DNA of 64,000 nt from Azolla caroliniana (taxonomy: Eukaryota > Plantae > Polypodiophyta): positions 14,012,001-14,076,000 of the forward strand of contig JBHGNT010000001.1 of assembly GCA_043228905.1 (NCBI GenBank), read 5' to 3'. Made by a program: the position numbers and the translations under genes. Positions 1-13,022 of the stretch are shown one piece after another; the stretch's first letter is position 1; every line of letters starts with the position of its first letter. The notes under the pieces are model-generated. The model made no database searches, was not told the origin of the DNA, and saw only the letters and a list, made by a program, of their open reading frames with translations.

Positions 1-96
1 TACGACTACTGCATACATAGTACAAGGAAAGCTTGCTATGAATGTGCATGTGGTTTCTTACATCCACAACACAACTCTCTCTTCCATGAAATACAG

Positions 97-803
97 GTGG
101 ATTCTGTGAATGAAAAGTTGAATGCTCTGCAGAATCTTCTACCACATGGCCTCGAAGTAAAAATTCCTCACCCATTTTCTCCATCCAACCTTAATATCAA
201 AACACACACATACACACACACACACACACATACTCAAATAGGATACACACATGAATGTGTAAAGAGGATATGCATACATACATGATACACGAGAGAGACA
301 GAGAGAGATAAATCGTTTGGCTTTGTTTATCTCTGTAGCTAGAGGAGGATGAAATATTAAGGGTGGCTGTGGAGTATGTGAAAGAGTTGGAGATGGAGAT
401 TCAGGTATGTGTGTTGATTTCTAGCAGAGTGTGTACAGAGTATTGTTCTACACACAGTCATTTACAGTGAAAACATTAACTTTGACACACATTCTCAAGG
501 ATTCCATCCACAATGCAAGCATATATATTCACTTTGACACATTCTCTTGCTCATTCCTCACCATAATACATCAAACTTGTACCCGTGATGCTGCCTGACA
601 TTTATGAGTTGATTTCTCTCTCTTGAAACTTACAGAGCTGATTAAATTTAGTGCACATTCTCATGTTTTCTTATGTGTAGATGTTTGGAACTTCAACAGA
701 GGATTGGTATGGACATAACAATGACATGGGCGATGCACCCTTGCAAAAGAGAGGCCTATGCATAGTTCCCCTATCAACTCTTGCTAAAGCTAAAGCTTTA
801 TAA
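97..803 (+). CDS. 3' exons of a bHLH transcription-factor gene (exons 97-156, 339-404, 681-803); 5' part lies upstream of the window
   Basis: AG/GT-bounded phase-0 exons splice to VDSVNEKLNALQNLLPHGLE|LEEDEILRVAVEYVKELEMEIQ|MFGTSTEDWYGHNNDMGDAPLQKRGLCIVPLSTLAKAKAL*. This has a helix-loop-helix pattern, a 66-nt helix-2 exon and a C-terminal LxxRGLCxVP motif typical of plant bHLH subfamilies IX-XI. Confidence 0.75.
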
Positions 804-2194
804 GGAAAAACATAGATAGAAATCCCTCCCTCTCCCCCTCTCTTAGTATCTGTGGGCATGTTTCCCTATCTCGCTTGGCCATCTAGCTGATGGCATGTAT
901 TTGTGCAAGATGATGAAAGATCGCACCATGCAAAACACCTCTTTTGCTTTGCACTTGAGAAGTTTTAAGGAAATCAAATTTAATCTTGAATTTGGTACAA
1001 TGCATCTTAAGGTTTTAAGAAAACCAAATTTAATCATGAATGTGATACAATGCGATGCATCTTAATCCGTGATATATCTTAGATGGGGGCATATATCACC
1101 ATACATGCAAAGGAAGTCTCTAATGTGATTTACATGCTTATCTCAAATTCAAGGAAATTATTCAAGGAACTTTCTACCCTGCGCCATGTTTCATGTACTA
1201 TATTTAGGAACTTCATTGAAGGTCTAACAAGGGGTTCATCCTTGTCACTGTTACTGATGATCAATTTCCACACGATACAATACACAATGACATAATGATC
1301 ATAACTAGTACAACTAATTATTGGATAAGGGGTAGGTATAAAAGATGAATTTCTTGAGAATACAAGGCTATGGACAATGAACGAGAGTTACAAAAAGGAT
1401 CACATAATGTTCCATTGGTAGGATTGTATCGAATACCTGTATTGACAGTAAAACATAAAAGATCTACCGCAGTCATTGACAATCAGCAACATTCTATCAA
1501 AGGAACCATTTCCTCATTATGTAGACTGAATATATATATTCATTAAAAGAACTAGGCACATCATAGAAAGCAATGAAGGAAAGAGGCCTCAGTACACTAT
1601 GCTATGTCCATGAAAAGCTACAGCCGTTGCACACTGAGACAAGCAATCATAATCTAAATCATTTCCTCAAAGAAAAAGAATGAGAACAAAGTAGCACTCC
1701 CATTTTCCAGATGAAGGTCACTCGGAGCTAGACTCTAGAATGTATGTACTATGACTGCTACAAACAAAAGTTACCCATCCTAACAAATAATAATGTTGAA
1801 CCTATGTTAACAAATAGTATCATGCCATACCTTATCAAACATACAAAACTCGAAGTTAATTAAATTGAAGGTTTTGCAACTTGATTTTTTAAAAATACAA
1901 CCGTCATTAAGATATTTGACTTTCAATACAGTGGATTCATTCCATGTTATGTTGCAGTTATCCTGATAACACTGCTTCTGACATTAGTAAGCACATGTTT
2001 TTCAGTGTGACAAAAAGCATTGTTCTTATCGACAAACAACGCAACTGTCAAAATTACTATATGATACTATGTGAAATGAAAGCTAGAAATCATTGAGGGA
2101 TGCCTTTATTGAACCTTAGAGAATGATCAGTTCCTCCACAGGTTTCTATACCCATCCAATGTCTACAGCTAGATAAAGACTTGACAGAAGACCA

Positions 2195-3103
2195 TTATTC
2201 TACAGGAGAGGAATGTGGCATCTTTACTCCAAACGCTATATAATTGACACTTGTATCTTCCGATAAGGACCATCTTGTCGTCAATGGATTGAAAACCATT
2301 CCTGCCATTTCGTTGAGCTGCACTTATGTCAAAGCAAATATGAAGTTAAGAATCAAGGAACTGCATTGTTAACAGTATTTAGTAATGGAGGTAGAAACTC
2401 CAACAAAATAAAATAAATATAGATGAAGCCATTGACAAATTCTCACTCCTGTCCCCAATAATGCAGCTAAGATGAAGCCATTGATGAATCTTTGCTATAA
2501 TGCAACTAAGCATCTCTACAAGAAAACACAATTCTCTAAATTTGTTTTCCTTCACCGTTCCACATGCTCGAAATGTTATTGCAAAGTATGTTTGCACAAA
2601 ATTTAGGTCTTTCACAAATATAATCAATTTTCGTTGACAGCAATCCAATATGTAGAAGAGCTGCCAATCCTCAAGGACATGGCCTTCATGGAAAAGGAAA
2701 TATAAGAACGTAAGTATCTTGAGACATGAACCGGATGAGGAGTACCCGACTGCGGAGAGCCGGATGGTGTAGGCCCGGTATGAACCGGATGAGGGGTACC
2801 CGACTGCGGAGAGTCGGATGGTGTAGGCCCGGTATGAACCGGATGAGGAGTACCCGACTGCGGAGAGTCGGATGGTGTAGGCCCGGTATGAACCGGATGA
2901 GGAGTACCCGACTGCGGAGAGCCGGATGGAGAGTACCCGACTGCGGAGAGCCGGATGGAGCCCATCAAGGCTACATTTGTAAATAGCCGAAAAGTCATAT
3001 TAGTATAAATATGACTTAGGGCAAACTTTGTTTTGTGTTGTGGTTGTCGTTTTTGTGATTATTCTTCGTTGTTGGTGCAAGAAGAAATCAGAGCGCGTAA
3101 CTG

Positions 3104-3148
<45 letters not shown>

Positions 3149-6100
3149 GAGGTAGCTGCCTCTGTTGTAACCGCCGCCTGTGGCGAAGATCTGTGAGCAC
3201 GAGGTCGTTGCCTCAGTGATCTCACTGTTGTATATCTCTACATAGTGACAGTTTGCAGCTTGTGGGCTGCCGTGGTTTTTTCCCCTATCTTGGGGTTTTC
3301 CACGTATACCTCCTGTGTACCATTCCTCCTCTTTTGTGTCGCGTTCCATTGCCTGTTTTTCTGTGTATAGAAAAGAATCTCGGTTGTGGCCGAGCGTCGA
3401 ACATAAGGAACGCCGAGTTCCCAACACTCTTAAGGTAAAAAAAGAAAGAGTTTGAAACTTAGGTATCCTTCAAAACTATATTCGCTCTCATGTCAACTAA
3501 ATCTATAAATCATGTTCTCTATATGTCATAAATGACTTGTTCATCCACCTTGTTCATATCATAATACTTATACTCTATAACGCACCATTGTAGGTGTGAG
3601 ATTCCTAATCACCTCTAACTTCCCACAAAGTCGGGTAGACTTAAACTGAACTACATATAGCATATGGCATAATGAATGAGCTGTCTACTAAAGGGTTAAT
3701 ACATCAAGGTATCAGACAAACTAGATTTTGGACAATAACAAAACTCACAACAAAAGAGAACATGTTGCACCTAATATCTGTGATTAGAAAATACTCTAAA
3801 ACAACACAAACTTACTTAAAGCACGCCTGCACGAATGGAATCAAGGAAATTCTATTAAACCATGTTTCAAAAGAGAAACAAACCTTGATACTTGTTTGAG
3901 CCATAAGAAGTGCGACCTCATCTGGTGTAACAAACTTCGTCCATTCATGGGTCCCCTTAGGCACCTGACCATGAAAAATAAAAGATCCTCATATAAACAA
4001 ACTCCTTGGAAAATGCAAGTTAATTGAATAATCAAAAGATATGCAAAAAAATATTCACTTTCTAAGCATTAAACTCTCCACTATCAAAGATAACTACAGA
4101 TACTCCAATGGATGTGCCAGTAGCAATAATGAAATGCAGCAGTAATCCTAAAGGTTACAATTAGATAGAAATCTACTCTGATATGAAAGCCTTACACAGT
4201 TTTTCCATTAGAGTTACATAAATGAAGAGGTCTGGACCTAGACCTTGAACTGTTATTAAAACTTGCTATTACCAACCATTTTATGGGGAGAAGTAAAACA
4301 TCATAGGAAGGCATAGCAGAACCTTGTCAAAAACACAGCGAAAGGGCATCTGGCCCTTGGGAGGGGAAATCCAAGAAAATTAACTAAACTGCTTGTTATG
4401 TAACAGCTGAAGGGATTAGAGCTCCAATGCAGGGTGCTTGGTTCAAATGCATAGATTAGCTGTTTGAAGCAACTTGTCTTGTAAAACTTATGGTATGTTA
4501 AAAACAAAAACTCATTGGGGGGATAAACATCTATTAACCACCTTTAATGAACATCAAATACTTCTAATACAAAGGAAAAATCATCCCTACCCATTGTAGA
4601 AGATGCTCAGCTGCGACAATTGCTAGGAAGAAGCCAGATAGTGATCTGTTGATGGTTGATATTACAACTGCACCACCCGGTTTTGTAAGAGCTGATAAGG
4701 AATGTAAGAATAACTTGGGATCTGACACATGTTCTATAACCTGCCCATGGTACATAGGAAAACAATTATGCGTCATCTGCAATGTGCACATCGTGCATGG
4801 TGTGAAGTTGTGAACAGATTCGTCTGATTAATAACCATCTAGCAAGTGTTTACAGTTCTAGACTGTGATGAACAGTAAAACTGACGGGATTTATCCCAAC
4901 AATATATGTAGCATCACAATACCTCAAGTGAAATAACAACATCAAATGGCTGTTGATTCTCCTGAACTAGTTGCTCTGTCATAATGTAAATGTATGGATA
5001 TTATTAATATGATATAAAAAGGAATATATGATATACAAATGATCATATAGTTCTCTACCAGCAGTTAAACAGAAATACTCAATCGATGCAGTAAGAGGAT
5101 CCTTTACCTATAAACGATACCAAATTCAGCTAATATTTTGCAGGAAGACTAAAAGAAAATGTGAGCAGCAGGTGTCCAAGCCTTCATTAATACTTGTTGC
5201 AAACCAACTATGATACAGAAATCTAGATGTGATGGTTGTAGTATTCTAAACAATAATAGCATGAAAAGATGCAAATGAATCACTCAAAACTTTGCTGTTT
5301 TTTCTTAGAAACTTTTCTACAGTGAGCCACTGAAAAGCATATCATTCCTGATTTTGCTTTTCTATTTTCACTCCCTCTTTCTCTATCTCTCCCTTCCTTG
5401 CCCATTTCTACCCATGCCCTACCCATGCCTAACCATACTATTTGAACTATGTCTTTGCTTTTTCTTTTTTCCATTTTCCTTTCGTTTTGATGCAATGAAG
5501 CTTAATGCTATATTTCACCTATTATCTTCATGTTTCAACGAATCACTTAATTAATTATTTAATTTTAATCAAGTTTATTATTATTATTTAAGTATTTTGT
5601 TGATACATTAATGACCTGAGAACTCTTATTATCCTCAAGGCAGACAAGACATCCACATAGTGGTCTGAAACCATTCACAAGCTAGGAAAACATATTGACA
5701 CAAGAAGTAGAAGAGAAAAGTTGGGCATCTTTCAAGATATATTGAAAGCCGCCACAAGATGATGCTATGCATGAGCCAAGTAAGTGATAACCTTCGAGGA
5801 CAATACTACATGAATGAGATTCAGCTAATGAAGTGCAGCAATTTTAGATCAAGCCTTCAGTTTGACTTTTCCAAATCAGTGAAGATTACGGAAGTTTAGA
5901 CCATTGTATATGTCCTTAGTCATATGATATATCGACTTAGCATTCAAGACTAGCATCAAATCTTCCAACATGATGGAAAACATGATGGCACATACAGAAT
6001 GAGCTCTTGCTACTTTGATATTTGTCTCAGCAGCATCTATTCCAACCACCTTAGCACCCATCCGTGAGAGTGGCTGGACATATAAAGAAATAAAATTCAG

Positions 6101-7449
6101 TAAGGAAGATGCAGTCATTTTGGGGAACTCGAGAATAGATCAGTAAAACCAGCTTTTACACCTCGCATAAAAGCCCTCCTCCGCAGCCCACATCCAATAT
6201 AGTTAGGCCATCCAAGGGTTTTTCACAACATGAAGCCCTCCTGAAAAAGGATAATTCAGCATAAAACAAGTACATAACCACTTGAAAGTCACCTAATTAT
6301 CGTTTAAAGCTTAAAATGGTGGTAGGTATAGGAAGGGGTTGATAACTGCTTCGTTCAATACTTCTCAAAAGAGCTCAGATATGAACCCGAAGTGCTGACA
6401 TAATGTTGAACGGATAAAGGAAAGTCGTGTCGGATTCATCTTATGCAGTTGCATAAATGGTCCCCTTGTATCCCACCTGTCAACAATATTTTAAAGGTGC
6501 TCTATTAAAAATGAATATGTCAGTTAGAAGCATTTGTATTTCATCATTTCATGTTTAAAAATGAAAGTTACAATTTTGTTCGAATACACTTTGGAGATCT
6601 AAAGGCCAATGCCATGTTAATGCTTCAAAGTGACATGCGTTTTTCAAAAATGATAAACAAACGATACCATGTGATAGATGTTAAAACTAGAATCTTTATG
6701 ATATTGAGAATGCTATCATCTAGCATAATGTCATGTCAACTGCTATAAACAAATATTCGCATGTGATAACTGCTAATGTTCACCAATTAAGACAATTTCA
6801 AGTGCTAATGAGCTGATAGCTTACCAATTTCGGTGAGTTGGAATGTTAAATACTTGATAAAATACCAATATTGGCAATTTCAAGTGTTAATAAAACATAA
6901 CTAGCCAATTAGGAGATTTCAAAATGCTAAAGACCCAGTAACATATCTATTTTGGAATTTTCGAGTGCTAATAATCCAAGTACTTGTTGATTTAGGCAGA
7001 ATTGACCGGTGATGAGCCGAACAATTACCAAGTTACGTAGTAGAGGTGCTAAGACCCAGAAACTACCGACTTAAGTGAAAAGTGTCGCAACTTTGAATGC
7101 CAAACGCTTAGCTAATTTCAAGACCCAAAAACATGGCAAATCCCCGTGTTTATAGATATGCTAATTCATGGCAATTTCGAATGCTAAAAACTCACCATGT
7201 GTCGGCCATTGCGGAGAACTTTGCGATTTCGCTGGGGCTAACAGATTGATTCGAAGAAGAATTGCTGACGAAACGTTGTTTCTGAGAGGCATTCTGGTTG
7301 GAGGGGTAGGAAGAAGAATCCATCCGATCCTTTGACGTTGACATGAAGACATGATTTTGGTGAGAAACAGGGGTGCAGTATAACGTGCTTGCATAACCTT
7401 TAAGCATTCTACATCTTCTGCCACTGCTTGAGAATAGAAATCGCATCAT
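2195..7449 (-). CDS. COQ3: Ubiquinone biosynthesis O-methyltransferase, mitochondrial; 9 exons: 7449-7196, 6476-6387, 6240-6162, 6073-5996, 5107-5059, 4975-4923, 4740-4591, 3964-3884, 2317-2195
   Basis: All introns are GT-AG with consistent phases; 957 nt = 318 aa. Motifs EIAKFSAMADTWWD.RGPF..LHKMNPTRLSFIR, SAM-binding ILDVGCGGGLLCE, FDVVISLEVIEHV, VPKGTHEWTKFVTP, EMAGMVFNPLT.RW.LS.DTSVNYIAFG. The R/S-rich N-terminus looks like a transit peptide. Confidence 0.95.
2651..3426 (+). mobile_element. Copia-type solo LTR in the last intron of COQ3 (antisense to the gene)
   Basis: TG...CCAACA ends. Shares GGCTACATTTGTAAATAGCC..AAAGTCATAT..TATAAATATGACTTAGGGCAAAC, a (GA)n tract and GGTTGTGGCCGAGC with the LTRs at 27874-28570/32686-33354. 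No PBS follows, no TSD was found, and the left boundary is uncertain. Confidence 0.7.
2726..2960 (+). repeat. 54-bp tandem repeat (about 3.5-4 units) inside the solo LTR
   Basis: Unit ATGAACCGGATGAGGAGTACCCGACTGCGGAGAGYCGGATGGTGTAGGCCCGGT is repeated directly. Confidence 0.9.
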
Positions 7450-7464
7450 TTTCTGTGTCTAAGC

Positions 7465-7465
<1 letters not shown>

Positions 7466-7522
<57 letters not shown>

Positions 7523-7631
7523 GTATGTATGTATGTATATATGTATGTATGTATCTATATCGATCTATATCCCTCTCTATCTGTCTGTCTGGCAGTCGCT
7601 CTGATTTTTACAGATTCTCGCTCTGTCTGGC

Positions 7632-7665
<34 letters not shown>
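7466..7665. repeat. (CT)n/(AT)n/(ATGT)n microsatellite cluster immediately 5' of the COQ3 start codon
   Basis: Directly visible simple repeats. Confidence 0.9.
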
Positions 7666-8418
7666 TGCTGCTGCTCTCCCCACCGCACCTCCTCCTCTGT
7701 TCTTCTTTCTGTTTCTACTACCGTTGACGGTGAATGCTGGAGCAAATGGCCGGCATTAATTTTGTTTCTTTGATTCCTGAGTTTGGCTTTGCGGATGGGT
7801 GGGGTGGGTAATTGGCCGTCCGTCCGTCCGTCCATCGGGGGCGAGTGTCTCGGCTTCCCGGAAATGAAACGTAAATGTGAGAGGAGAGGAGGGGGAGGGG
7901 GGAGTTGCTTCGGGTTGTCAAACAAGAGAAGAATATCATACATTGAGAGCGTGATCAAGTCCGTCAATTGTATAGTATGTATGTGTAGGAGGATGTGTGT
8001 TGAGAAGTTGTGACGATGATGATGAGAGAAGTATCTCTTTGTGGGGAGGGTTGTTCTGTTTTGACGAATTCCAAGAAACATAAGGGCATTTCGGAAAACT
8101 TCCTTCCCTTTAAATGAAAAAACAAGACGCATTACATTACTCTACATGCCACCCCTATTCTTAAGGCATTGCTTTTGCGAGCAAGAGGAGGAAAATCTGG
8201 GATGGATGACATCTTGTTTGGCTCAACAAATTTGAACCAAATGAAAAAGGAGATCGACTACACAATGCAATAGGTCTCTGTGAAACATCTTTTCATGTAT
8301 AAACCATTTAAGAGGCTAACAAACGTCTCCATGTTCCTATCTTTTCTTTTCCGAAAGACGCAAAACCTTGTCTCTATCTTGTTCGCTTTGTCGGCTGTAG
8401 AGGATTCTCAACCCTCGC

Positions 8419-8907
8419 GCTCTGATACTATGTAAAAGAATATGTGTGCCAAAGCGTATTCGATAGTCACAGAGTACACAATCGGTTATTCGGCAACACG
8501 ACATTTAGGTAAACATAGAGTGGGAGAGAGAGAGAAATTGAGTGGAGCACACAACAGAAAATTCCAATTACAAAAAAATCAGTACTCAATTACAACGAAT
8601 GTGCTCAGAGAGCACTTTATATACAAGCCCTGATGAGTGGACTGACACAAGTACTGGCAAGTACTTGAATGCTCATTAACTGAGCCTGACACTAACTCTG
8701 CCTATAATATTCCTAAGTACTAAAATAGGAATATAGGCCCCTAATGGCCTATCGGATTCCATCCGTTTTGGCCATCCAATTTGGCCTAACAACCGATTTG
8801 ATTTTCGCTTTATCCAGCCAATTCAGGCCTAGCTTATTGGTCTCCAACCAATCTGGCTCTCGGCTTCTTCAACCGATTGGCCCCTGGTTGAGCTTGCTCC
8901 CTCAACA
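8419..8907 (-). mobile_element. Degenerate 5' LTR (8431-8907) with mutated tRNA-iMet PBS of a truncated Copia element
   Basis: TGTAAAAG...CTCAACA ends. GCTCTGATACTA on its left is the reverse complement of TGGTATCAGAGC with one change. Homologous to the LTRs at 53061-53513 and 58478-58948. Confidence 0.7.
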
Positions 8908-9499
8908 ATTTTCATGAGGACACAAGGTGTTCTTCTAGCGTCGAGTGTAGGAAACCAATTTGTTAGGTGAAAGAGAAATGTTGTTCCCATTTTTCTTGAT
9001 GCTTATTCCATGAAAAAACAAGATATATTGTGGTGTCCCTTTCATGCAAGTGCATGCCTTTTATCACCCCACCCTTTTAGCACACCCTTTTGGGCACACA
9101 TGTAGCTAGGTCAACCCAAAATGGGTACCTTTGTATCTTCTATAAATTGAACGATAAGTAAGAAGCTAAGCAAGCTGGTTTGGATTCCTCTTATGTGCAT
9201 TTCAGATAATTGGTGGAGAAGCAGGGTAAAATTTGAGCCACTACCACCTCGTTCATGACCTCCTAATTCCCTCCCGACACCTCCAAAGCCACCCCTATGC
9301 AGCTCGAGTTCCCTCAACCTCATGAAAGGGACACCACAACAAATGCTCCCCCTCCTTCGACAAGCCAACTCCCGAAATGTACAAGTCGCACAACAGCGCC
9401 AAAGGTGGCACTACAACATGGGTTGAATTACCCCGACTTATGTTGATGGAGCCAAAGTTCTTCTTTACTTCCTGATCTAGTGGTGCGGTCTCAATGAAT

Positions 9500-9786
9500 C
9501 CCTCATGCACCGATGGATCGGCCCGTTCACCATAGTTCGCGCCATCAAATCCACTACTTACCTTCCCACCTTATTTGTAATTGTTGGTCATTCTTGTAAT
9601 CTTTTTTTTGATAATATTGTCTCAACTTGTTTTCTGTATACTTGATCTCTCTCACTCACTCACTCACTCACTCACTCACACTCACACACACACACACATC
9701 TCTTCCGTGGCACATAATCACTCTCGGTTCTTTACACTTATAAAAATAAGCATGCTATGCTTTTTAGTATCACCAAAGTAGTGACA
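9500..9786 (+). mobile_element. Decayed Gypsy integrase C-terminal (GPF) and LTR remnant
   Basis: RWIGPFTIVRAIKSTTY readable near 9511-9560, followed by a (CTCA)n LTR-like tract ending GTGACA. Confidence 0.4.
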
Positions 9787-11869
9787 CCGTTAACCTTTAG
9801 GGGTGCATGAAACTAGTATTGTTGGCTCCGAAAGGCATAGTAGCCCATGCATTGATGCATTGTGGTTTTGGGAATGATATATGTGAGATTTTCACAATAG
9901 GTTCTCAATCTCCAACTTAGAGGTCTTCTTATAATTGTTGAAGTAAATCACTCCATGGTCAAGGGTCTAATCTTAAGGCTTATTCTATGGTGATCACCAC
10001 CAGCCTAACTAAAATCGACTCAAGGTTTGTGTTCTCAATTATGGGAGCACAACCATCATGTACAATCATCCTTTACTAACGAGGACACCTTAAGTTATAG
10101 GATTTTGTTGTAGCAAGGCCACACTAAGTTTCAGAGTTCTAGATATTTGTTTGCCACATGGATTTGACTCTGTTTTGGGCCTACCCCTCATTTGTACCTA
10201 CCTTCTATAGACAAGGGTAAGATAAGGGAGATCATTAGCTCTTGTTCTCGCCGACTTCATGACAACTTGGTTTTCCTAATCCAAGCTATTTGCATGGTGC
10301 TCATCATGAGTGAATTGAGCACGATTTTGTATTTTGCGTATTTTTGCTTGAGAATTTGGATAAGTTGCTAAGTGGGGTTTATCTTTTTTGAGGTAATTCA
10401 CCATTGCAAGACTAGGATTTAGGTTTGAACATTGTATGTGTTGAGAATCAAGCTCAACTTGGTCTAGTGTGTGAACTCACCTTGAGAGTGAATAGACACT
10501 CCAACGGTCAAGAGTCACCATTATGTCACCACTTTGTATTCTAGCATTTAGTATGAGTCATAGAATCATATTCCATGACACATAACTTATGAGCTTTCAC
10601 ATTCCCCATGTTCCATGAGTCTTGTAGTTAATGAAGAGAGAGGGTGACTATATAAAGCACCCTCCTCCCACCTTGTATAACGTTGAGTCTTTCTCCTTTG
10701 TTAATATACTTTACCTTGCGTATTCTCTGTGTCTTACTCCTTGTCTCTCTCACTCTCTCACTCTCTCTCATACACACACAGAGAGTTCATATCTATTCCG
10801 CTGCACAGAATCCATCTCTTGATTCTTTACATGGTATCAGAGCGAGGTTGGTAGCTCGATCTAGCCCATACGCCTCATCGTGATCGTGTGTTGTGCTCCA
10901 CACCGACGACCAAGAACCGGCTCATCGCTATCGTAGCTTCTCTACATAGCTCACACTCGAAGAGAGAAGAAGAAGAAGAAGAAGAATCGACATAATGAAT
11001 ACTCAAATGGGGAGCGCTCTCCCTACCGAGAAGTTGGAATGAAACAACTTCGCATCATGGGAGTACAAGATGCACCAATACCTTGTCGGACAAGGCTATT
11101 GGAGCTACATCAAAGGAGCGCACGAAGACCGACCCATCGAAACGGCTCCCGGATACGCGACATGGGAGCAAGCCGCAAGCCACGTGATGTATTGCTTGGC
11201 GACATGTGTTCATGATCACATGCTCGGCTACATTCGTGAGCCAAGATGCCAAAGGAGGCATGGGAAAATCTACGAAAGATTTTCGCGGCGAACACAACCG
11301 CGAGAAGGCTTCAACTCCGCCAAGAGTTGAACAACATTCAACAAAGGGACATGTCCATCATGACATACACCTTGAAGATCAAGGAACTTTGCAACTCGCT
11401 CGGCTCAATAAGCGTAAATGTCGATGATGATGAGATGGTGCAAATATGCCTCGGCAGCCTCGCACCACGGTTCGGCGCGATGTGAACCACCGTTCTAGCA
11501 AGGGGGAAATATCCCTCCTTCTTAGAGCTCCAATCAATGCTATTGGTCGAAGAAAACCACGTGCGTACAAGGAGCAATGAGTCGGAAGGCCACATGCTCT
11601 ACACACACTCGAATGGAGGAAGAGGACGCGGAGGAGTGAGAGGCCGATTCGACCAAGGACAAGGCGGACGAGGTCCGACCTACGACAACAACTCCCAATT
11701 TCGGCCGCAAAATGGAAGCCAATGAGGAACCTTCACAAGAAGGGGGAGCTTCCACTCCGGCCCAAGCCGTCAAAACGCAACCAAATGTAGATATTACGGA
11801 AAGCTCGGCCACCACGAAGAAGAGTGCCGAAAGAAGATGCGCGAATCGGCTTCCACAAGCCGACAAGTT

Positions 11870-11985
11870 ACGAATTACGCGCACAATTCCGACTACGAAG
11901 AGTATAGCGGAATGTACGGGCACAACTCCGACTACAAAGATCGTGGCGGAATGTATGCACACAACTCCGACTGTGGCGGAATGTT
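11870..11985 (+). repeat. Short in-frame tandem repeat in the Copia gag-protease linker (YAHNSDY..GGM, about 3 units)
   Basis: GCACAACTCCGACT unit recurs about every 39 bp in ORF 11837..12403. Confidence 0.75.
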
Positions 11986-12358
11986 CATGATGAAACATAG
12001 AGCAAACTCTATGTCGGCCTCTACCTCAACTAGTGCCCTCAATCCGGAGGACGTATGGTTTGTTGACTCCGGAGCCTCAAACCATATGACATCTCATAAA
12101 GAATGGTTTCTCGAACTTCGAGAGCCAGAGCGACCCGGTTATGTTGAAACCAGAGATGACACTACACACCCGATTCGGCACATCAGTAATGTTCTGTTCA
12201 GTGAAAGAGGTAAGCAAACATACATTAAAAATGTCTTGCATGTTCCCACCATCACGAAGAATTTGGTCTCGGTCGGCCAAATGGTTGAGCAAGGGATGCA
12301 AGTACGATTCGACCAAGAAGGGTGCTTCATCGAAAAAGATGGCCAAATCATCGCACGC

Positions 12359-13022
12359 TGTCGTGATGTGGCATGTCTAGTGCGAGAAAAAGTCAAAAAT
12401 TGAGGATCCACACACATTTCACAAATACTTGTAAAAATGAAAATAAATAAACCTAGGTCACAATGGCATTGAGTGCATGTAGAGGGTTACAAGTAGGATT
12501 TGAACCTTGCACCTCTAAGATAAGAGGCAATTACCTTACCACTAAAGCTACTACTAAGTGCTTTAGATGTTCTATATTTCTTTCTCATATTCAGTATTCT
12601 GTAGGAAACAAACGAACAGAATCGTGTACACAAAACCACGGTTTTAAGCCCATGGTTTCCTGCATGTTACAAAGCAAAACTGTGTGCATAGAAACCATGG
12701 CTCCAAGCCCATGGTTTTGTGCATGGACAAACCTATAAAACCCCTAGTACGGCTTGTGTAAAGGGGGGGCTCAATATGATATGACCATCATCATCACCAT
12801 CAATAATATAAGCTTCTATTTCTTCTTCTTCGCATTTATCTTGTAATTATTTATCTACTTCTGAAAGTGTACAATCTTCAATCTTCTCAAGTGTAATAGT
12901 TCTTCCTCCAATCTTACATTCACATCATCCTCTTCTCAATATCTTGACGGACATCCTCCTTGGTCCAAGACCCCGGTGGTCCCGCTCAAGCGAAGCACGC
13001 TCGCACGCGCATATTCGCGACA
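12359..13022 (+). mobile_element. Gypsy solo LTR inserted into the Copia pol (GAG-pre-integrase region)
   Basis: TGTCGTGA...TCGCGACA ends and 4-bp TSD ACGC (12355-12358, 13023-13026). It interrupts DGQIIAR|RRREGRMFILDS. Its 3' end (TCCTTGGTCCAAGACCCCGG) resembles the U5 of the 15907-34626 element. Confidence 0.9.
12496..12550 (-). promoter_or_regulatory. tRNA-like Pol III internal promoter (A box TAGCTTTAGTGG, B box GGTTCAAATCC) in the solo LTR U3
   Basis: Boxes match the type-2 Pol III consensus with a 32-nt spacer. Confidence 0.65.

Noticed and set aside
7525-8132. Divergent gene upstream of COQ3
   Set aside because: The ORFs derive from microsatellites and low-complexity promoter or UTR sequence; no protein motif.
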